DNA of 64,000 nucleotides from the human T2T-CHM13v2.0 reference genome, Homo sapiens. The position numbers were made by a program, and so were the translations under genes. Of this stretch, positions 57,601-64,000 are shown one piece after another; position 1 is the stretch's first letter, and each line of letters begins with the position of its first letter. A model generated the notes under the pieces. That model searched no databases. It saw only the letters and a list, made by a program, of their open reading frames with translations, and was not told where the DNA came from. The DNA lies in assembly GCF_009914755.1 (NCBI RefSeq), contig NC_060933.1; one strand, 5' to 3'.

Positions 57601-58679
57601 AAAAAGTTACCTATGTAAAACAAAAGTTTAACAAAAAACTAAAAAAAGTTACCTCCACCCAGAAATGCCTTTATTAACACTTTGGTTTGTAACCCTCCAT
57701 TATTTTCTCTAGACATATAGATTTATGAGGCAGGCTAATGTGCTGAGACACTAGCTTGAGTTTCATTTGGCCTTGCTGTGAATATACCTGGGCCTTCCTT
57801 TGCTTCAGGATGCCCTAAACTGTGGCAAAGCAGAGCTGAACTGCCCAAAGGAAAGTGTGAAGAGGAGAGGCAGGCCAAGCCTGGAGAAAGGCTACCCAAG
57901 AGAGAGGAAAGGAAACTGTGGTGAGTGCACCTCACTCCTAAAGAAGGACAGGAACTCTGGTAGGTGAGGTGTGTTTTCCATAGATACTAAAACTCAAAGC
58001 CACACAGGGGACATATGTCCATTCCTCAGCCAGTCACTGTGGCCAGGAACAGAGGGTCAGGTAAGAGAATGGCAACTCCTAAGGAAACCACATGCCTGGA
58101 GCCGTGGGTGTAGAAGCAGATCCCCAGAGGAAGCACGGGTCCCACAGACACAGTCCCAACTCTTGCCGTCTAGGCAGCCACTCCCATCTGTAGGTACTAC
58201 ACAGCTTCGTAGTACTTCTTAAAGTACTTCTTGTTCAAGCGATGGGACGAAAAGAGGATGCAGGACAAGGAGGAGGAAAGGAGATCCTTGCTTTTGTAGA
58301 AGAAACAAGGAGGCAGGGAAGGCTTAGAGGACAGGCAAGGAGAGATGTTTTCTTAAAAACATCCTCTGTCTGAGTGTTCAGCCCCACATCTCTGCTGGTC
58401 CTACCCCTATAAGCACAAGGAAAAGGGCGGGAGGCAGCAGGAGAAGGATTGATCATTCAGGCCTATATTCAAGTTTGCCTTTTCTTGCCATGTGGTTTTA
58501 ATCTCACCAATCACAAGCCTGAAGGTATAGTGGGGCCACTGAGGTCCGAGTTCAAATTCAGCCATGCAACTAAGGAAACATTGTTTGATCTTGGTCCTGT
58601 TTTCTCATGTGTAAAATGGGTCTAACTCTAAACCACACATTGCACTGAGAATGAAATGAGGCACTATGAAATGAAGTGA

Positions 58680-58985
58680 GGTTAGTTGAATAATGTTCCC
58701 CCCAAATTCATGTCTACTGAGGACCTCAGAATGTGACTATATTTGGAAGTAGGGTCTACGCAGATGTAGTCTAAATGAGGTCATACTGCATTAGGGTGGG
58801 CACTAATCAAACGGATGGTATCCTCATAAGAGGAGAGGAATGTAGAGATACACACAGAAAAGAATGTCATTTGAAGATGGAGGCAGAGATTGGAGTGATA
58901 CAACTATAAGTCAGGGAATGCCAAGGACTTGAGGTCATGTGTTACAGAAGCCCTAGGAAATGAGTCAATTTCCTGGCACAGCACT
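58680..58985 (+). mobile_element. MLT1 (MaLR) LTR fragment
   Basis: ttgaataatgttccccccaaattcatgtc...cctcagaatgtgac...atttggaa...gatggaggcagagattggagtgat. Confidence 0.7.
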
Positions 58986-59119
58986 AAGACATGCTGGTAT
59001 TCTTCATTCCATCCCTTTCCCCTATTCCTAAATGTGCTCCAGGGACAATGGGGAAGCTGGAGCACATATAAGAATAGGGGAAAGAGAGGGAATAAAAGGG
59101 TATTAAAAACTCTCAAGGT

Positions 59120-59564
59120 ATGTTAAAAAAAAGACTCTCAACAAACCAGGTATTGAAGGAACATACCTCAAAATAATAAGAGCCATCTATGATGAACCCA
59201 CAGCCAACATCACACTGAATAGGCAAAAGCTGGAAGGATGCCCCTTGAAAACCGGCACAAGACAAGGCTGCCTTCTCTCACCACTCCTATTCACCATACT
59301 ATTGGAAGTCCTGGCCAGAGCAATCAGGCAAGAGAAAGAAAGAAAAGGCATCCAAGAAGGAAGAGAGGAAGTCAAACTACCCATGTTTGCAGATGACATA
59401 ATTTTATATCTAGAAAATCCCACAGTCTCAGCCCAAAAGCTCCTTAAGCTGATAAACTTCAGAAAGTTTCAGGATCCCACATGAACATACAAAAATCACT
59501 AGTATTCCTAAACACCAACCATAGCTAAGCCAAGAGCCAAATCAGGAATGCAATCCCATTCACA
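59120..59564 (+). mobile_element. Isolated internal L1 ORF2 (RT) fragment abutting the PD-L2 promoter
   Basis: ORF 59245..59484 [16 protein letters not shown]...FADD; no 3'UTR or poly-A. Confidence 0.9.
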
Positions 59565-59574
59565 GACAAACTGC

Positions 59575-59650
59575 TAAAAGCAAAACCAAAACTTTCCAAA
59601 TAAGCCAGGCTTTCGTCAGTTCCTCAGAACTAGTTCTGGTTTGACTCACT
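59575..59650 (+). promoter_or_regulatory. PDCD1LG2: PDCD1LG2 proximal promoter: IRF-like, STAT6 and AP-1 motifs
   Basis: AAAAGCAAAACC (~59577-59587, IRF-like); TTCCTCAGAA at 59620-59629 (TTC-N4-GAA, STAT6 type); TGACTCA at 59642-59648; all directly upstream of exon 1. Confidence 0.7.
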
Positions 59651-59920
59651 CTCATGTTACGGCAAACCTTAAGCTGAATGAACAACTTTTCTTCTCTTGA
59701 ATATATCTTAACGCCAAATTTTGAGTGCTTTTTTGTTACCCATCCTCATATGTCCCAGCTAGAAAGAATCCTGGGTTGGAGCTACTGCATGTTGATTGTT
59801 TTGTTTTTCCTTTTGGCTGTTCATTTTGGTGGCTACTATAAGGAAATCTAACACAAACAGCAACTGTTTTTTGTTGTTTACTTTTGCATCTTTACTTGTG
59901 GAGCTGTGGCAAGTCCTCAT
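59648..59920 (+). other. PDCD1LG2: PDCD1LG2 (PD-L2) non-coding exon 1; start approximate
   Basis: Recognised PD-L2 5'UTR (gcaaaccttaagctgaatgaac...ggcaagtcctcat) ending at a gtgagt donor (59921); expected tandem position about 40 kb downstream of CD274. The CDS is outside the window. Confidence 0.9.
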
Positions 59921-62900
59921 GTGAGTAACGAGTGGGTTGAGATACTCTCATACTATTATGTTGTGGACCATGATGAGGCTGCCAGGGTGGGGGAAGGGTG
60001 GCCTACCTTCTCTCCACACCATTTGAGGCAAGAGACATTCTGCCTCAGAAATTGTGCTGAGGGGCACAAATAAGCTAATGTCCTCCTGCCCCAGATTTCT
60101 CTCACTTGTTCCTATGCATATTGTTCTTGTTGCTCAGTTTTATAAGGTGAGATATTTTCTGCACCAAATATGTGCACTGTAAAATAATATAACTATTCTT
60201 AAGATTGTCTCTCAGCTTAGAGTTTTCGGAGGCTTAATGGTGAAGAACTTAAAAATCTGTTTTCCTATGACTGACATCTGTTTGTGATTATCCATTTAGC
60301 AGACGGTGATCCCTCCAGGCTGGCCTTTGTTTACAAGCTATGCCTAAGAGGCAGCTGTTGGTGGAGGGGGAACAAAAACAAAAAACCCAAAACTATTATC
60401 TTAATAACTTATAGAGGTAATCATTATTGAACAAAAGCATGATTTGGGGACTATGGAAAGGCTTATTCTTTCCATATAAAATGATCAGCGAAAAGGTAGA
60501 AAAATTAAACAGAACTGAAATAATTGCTATTGATTGCTCACCGCCTGGATGCACTGAGTAGAAGAGCAAAGGCAATGGGTTCATGTGGAGGGGATGGAGG
60601 TGGAGAGGCTAAGCCTGAGTGAGATTACCAACTAATCAGGACTTTTAACCCAAAAATACTATGGCTCTGAGGGGCAGGGAATGAGAGACCTAAATTGACA
60701 AAATGCAGAGTAAAAATATTCAGTGTGAGCAGTAATGAGACAGTTGTATCAGGGTCAAATACGGAGTTGGCCTGGATGTCCTCCAAGCTCCTTTCCAAGC
60801 CTAAGATTCTGTGAGTGGATGAACAATCCTGGTCCTGCTGCTCTTGCCACTGGAACCTGATCTATTTGCCTTCATTATTTGAGGTCTCCCCATCATCAGG
60901 CTCTTTGTTGTCTGCTGCTTCAGGGTGTCTTCTCCCCAGATTTCTCCTGTTGGTGAGCTTTTCCATTGAACTGGAGCTCCTCACAGGCAAGAAGCACACC
61001 TTTAAGGTTCTCTGAGTCCCAAGTTCCTAGTGCAGTACCTGGCAATACACATAGGTGCTTAGTGGGTGCTTGCCGAATTGTTGAATGGATTTATTTGATG
61101 AAATGTCAGGAGAATCACCAGAAATGAAATGTTCGTGTAATGGACAGGGGGAAGTTTGAGGTTGATTTGAAAAAGGAGATGGTAGAGACAGTATTATGGG
61201 TCATGCTTCAGAGTTTATTTGCTTTACAATACATTGGACAGCAACCAGTAGATTGTTGTGTGTCATTTTAATTCCACATGCTAATGTCCAAATATGTCAT
61301 ATGTCTTAATTGTTGCATACGTGGGTTACTCTGTAAAGGGGCAACTGTAGTATCACCTCCTCATGCCACACCCTGCTCCACTGTAGCTGGGCTCGATAAC
61401 CTTCAAATCAACTCACAGAATTCCAGGACAGACAAGAGCATCTGAAAGGTTATCTAGCCCCAGTCACCTCTGATGCCTTCCAGCTGTCTCTAACACACCT
61501 GTGGGCTGACTTCCAGTTCTTAGTCTTCACGGCTCCCTATGATGAACTGCCCCTGCTTTGAGGGATTTTCCTCCATTGCCTCAGAAGTACTGCCCTGGGG
61601 GAGCTTCTGATGCTCTTCTGACCACCTTGTCTCTGCCTTTTTCACTAGTCCTCTGTTCCTGCTCTCCAAATTTTGGGACGTTCCTGAGTTCAGATCTTTT
61701 CTTTATAATCTTTCTTTTATATTCTCCCCATCAGATGGTTCATTCATTCCTCAATATTAACTAACATTTCCATATTAGAAATAACTTCCTTATCTTTAGC
61801 CCTAAATTTTGTCCCAAACTCTGGACCTACAATTTTTTGGAATGCTTATGCCTTGCCCAGACTAAAACCAAACTTACTGTCTTCCCTCTAAAATCAGCTC
61901 CCCATCTTCTATTTCTCCCTGCCACCCTTCCTCCCCCATGGCTCCAATATTGTCTTGCCAGTCTGGTCTTAAAACCACAGTCAATCTTGTTGCTTTTCTC
62001 TTTGTCTCTTGTGCATGGCTGATCAGCAGTCAATTGTTTTGTCAATTGTCTTATATGTTTCTTCTTCCTCTTCCTTGCTTCCTTTTTCTGACCTGAAGTT
62101 AGGGCCTTGTTACCAAACATCTAGATGAATACAGTGACCCCCTAATTGAGAGGCTGTCTACCAATTCCACCCACCCTCAATTCTATACTCAAAAAAAAAA
62201 TTAGATGTAATCTTTTTCAGATACTCCTTTGGTATTGTCACTTAGTTTTTGAGTGACTGCCACTATTTCCCGATTGGCAGCTCTGCCTGGCATTAAGCTC
62301 TTGACATTCTCAACCTAAGTGTCCAGCCAAGTTACTCTGTTCATTGTCCCCTCAACACGCCTGTGCATTTGCACCTCTGAGACTGCTTCTGAGTCAGCTA
62401 TGCACTGCCCTTTAGAATAGCTTCAACCCCAAATCCTACCAGTGCTTCAAAGGCCCAGTTCAAATCCTACCCCTCTGGGAAGTCTCCCTTCCTTTAGTCA
62501 ACTTCTAGGGCTTTTGCAATTTTATCACTTGTTTTACATCAGTTTTACTATTTTTCATGTGTGAGAGTTTTAACCTTCCAATTATGGTACAATGTCTTTA
62601 AGGGCAAGGGCCCTTTCTTAGAGGAAACCCTCTATGAATTCTCCAATGATAAATTATTCTATGAATTCTCACAACTTTCTAATATAAAGGCTTATAAAAA
62701 GTGGGAACTCACTGTTTATTGCTTAAAAAATTGAGATTTAATTTGAACTTAAATGCTCTATTAAATTGAGTAGAATAGCATCTTAAGGCTACTGGTAGTC
62801 TATCTATGCCACAGATGGTTTAGAGATCAAATAATTACTCATATACCTATGACAGCAGAGTACTGGCTGTAAGATCCCCCCAAAACTCAAATACCTATTG

Positions 62901-63710
62901 GGTTTGTCAGGCAACAAAAATAAGTGAATCCAGCTAGGTCTAATACAATGGAAAATGGTAGGACCTGGGGCAAACTCTGCATAACTTGCCCAAAGGCATT
63001 CAAATTCAGATTATGTTCAGACATTGCTAATTACAATTAGTGTCTTAGACACTTGGCTTCAAAACAGTGGTTAGTTCAGGTATTTCAGATCAATTGGGTA
63101 TGCATTTATCTAGGTCTTCATGGATAGCCGGGCTCTACTAGACACTGGGAGAGGGAAGAGGCAAATGGGATAAGACTGGCAGTATTTAACAAAGAATGAA
63201 GTATTTTACAAACATGATCCTTTAGGCTGGTTATTGTTACACAAAGGAATGATTTGCTAGGATTCTTGAGATACTTCCATAGAATGTCTATGCCTCACTT
63301 ATTGCACAGACCAGAGAATTCCATAAAAGCACTGGCTGTGTCTTATTTACCCTTGTATACTAGAGCTTGGCACATAGTAAATACCAAGTAAATGTTTTGA
63401 ATAAAAGAAAGAGATAATTAAAGCTTCAGCACCACAATTATTTGTATTTCATCTATCAGTTTGGAAATAGATCTCCACAGACAGTAGAAATGGCAAGAAA
63501 CTAGGCCTATAGCAACCAAGAAGTGAAACTGCTAGAACCTACCATCATTTCTGATCCTCTTGCAAATTTTGCTTGAAAAAAATTTCCTCATTTTCTGTTT
63601 ACGAACTTATCCTCAGAATTTACAGATGTTTCCTTGATTTCTCTGGAAAGATACAACTTCCTAATGCAATTGAGTAAATTGATACTTCTTATGTAGAAAT
63701 AAGCAGAATA

Positions 63711-63909
63711 AGCTGGGCAAGGTAGCCCACAACTATAGTCCCAGCTACTTGGGAGGCTGGGGCAGGAGGATCACTTGAAGCCAGAGTTTGCTTGAGGCCA
63801 GGAATTCGAGGCTGCAGTGCTCTATGATCACACCTGTGAATAGCCACTACACTCCAGGCTAGGCAATGAGTGAGACCTAGTCTCTAAAGAAAAAAAAAAA
63901 AAAAAAAAA
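63711..63909 (+). mobile_element. Old Alu monomer (FAM-like) in PDCD1LG2 intron 1
   Basis: tatagtcccagctacttgggaggc...cacctgtgaatagccactacactccag...+ poly-A. Confidence 0.8.
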
Positions 63910-64000
63910 GACAAAATAAGATCAAAATTGAGTATGAACTGATAAATACAAGGTAGACAAGAAATATCCTGAGAGGCGCAATCGTTCTGCAGACATTTGC

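Overview
Human (or near-identical great-ape) genomic DNA from the 9p24.1 immune-checkpoint locus. It contains CD274 (PD-L1) on the + strand from intron 1 through exon 7. Exon 1 lies just upstream of the window. Coding exons 2-7 join into an intact 873-nt CDS (290 aa) followed by a ~2.7-kb 3'UTR. About 40 kb of repeat-dense intergenic DNA follows: two near-full-length decayed L1s, truncated L1s, many Alus, a THE1 LTR, a rearranged ERV1 remnant and DNA transposons. The window ends with the promoter, non-coding exon 1 and start of intron 1 of PDCD1LG2 (PD-L2). There is no prokaryotic-type system here, and almost all ORFs in the track are repeat-derived. The best second-look candidates are: a 57-aa hydrophobic uORF in the PD-L2 5'UTR; a possible stop-less CD274 exon 2-4 circle; an ERV remnant with head-to-head inverted LTRs; a 35-bp perfect inverted repeat hit twice by retrotransposons; an L1 with a short 3' transduction tag; a 32-bp perfect palindrome in intron 1; and a locally templated insertion. 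Repeat subfamily names come from recognition of consensus sequence, not from a search.
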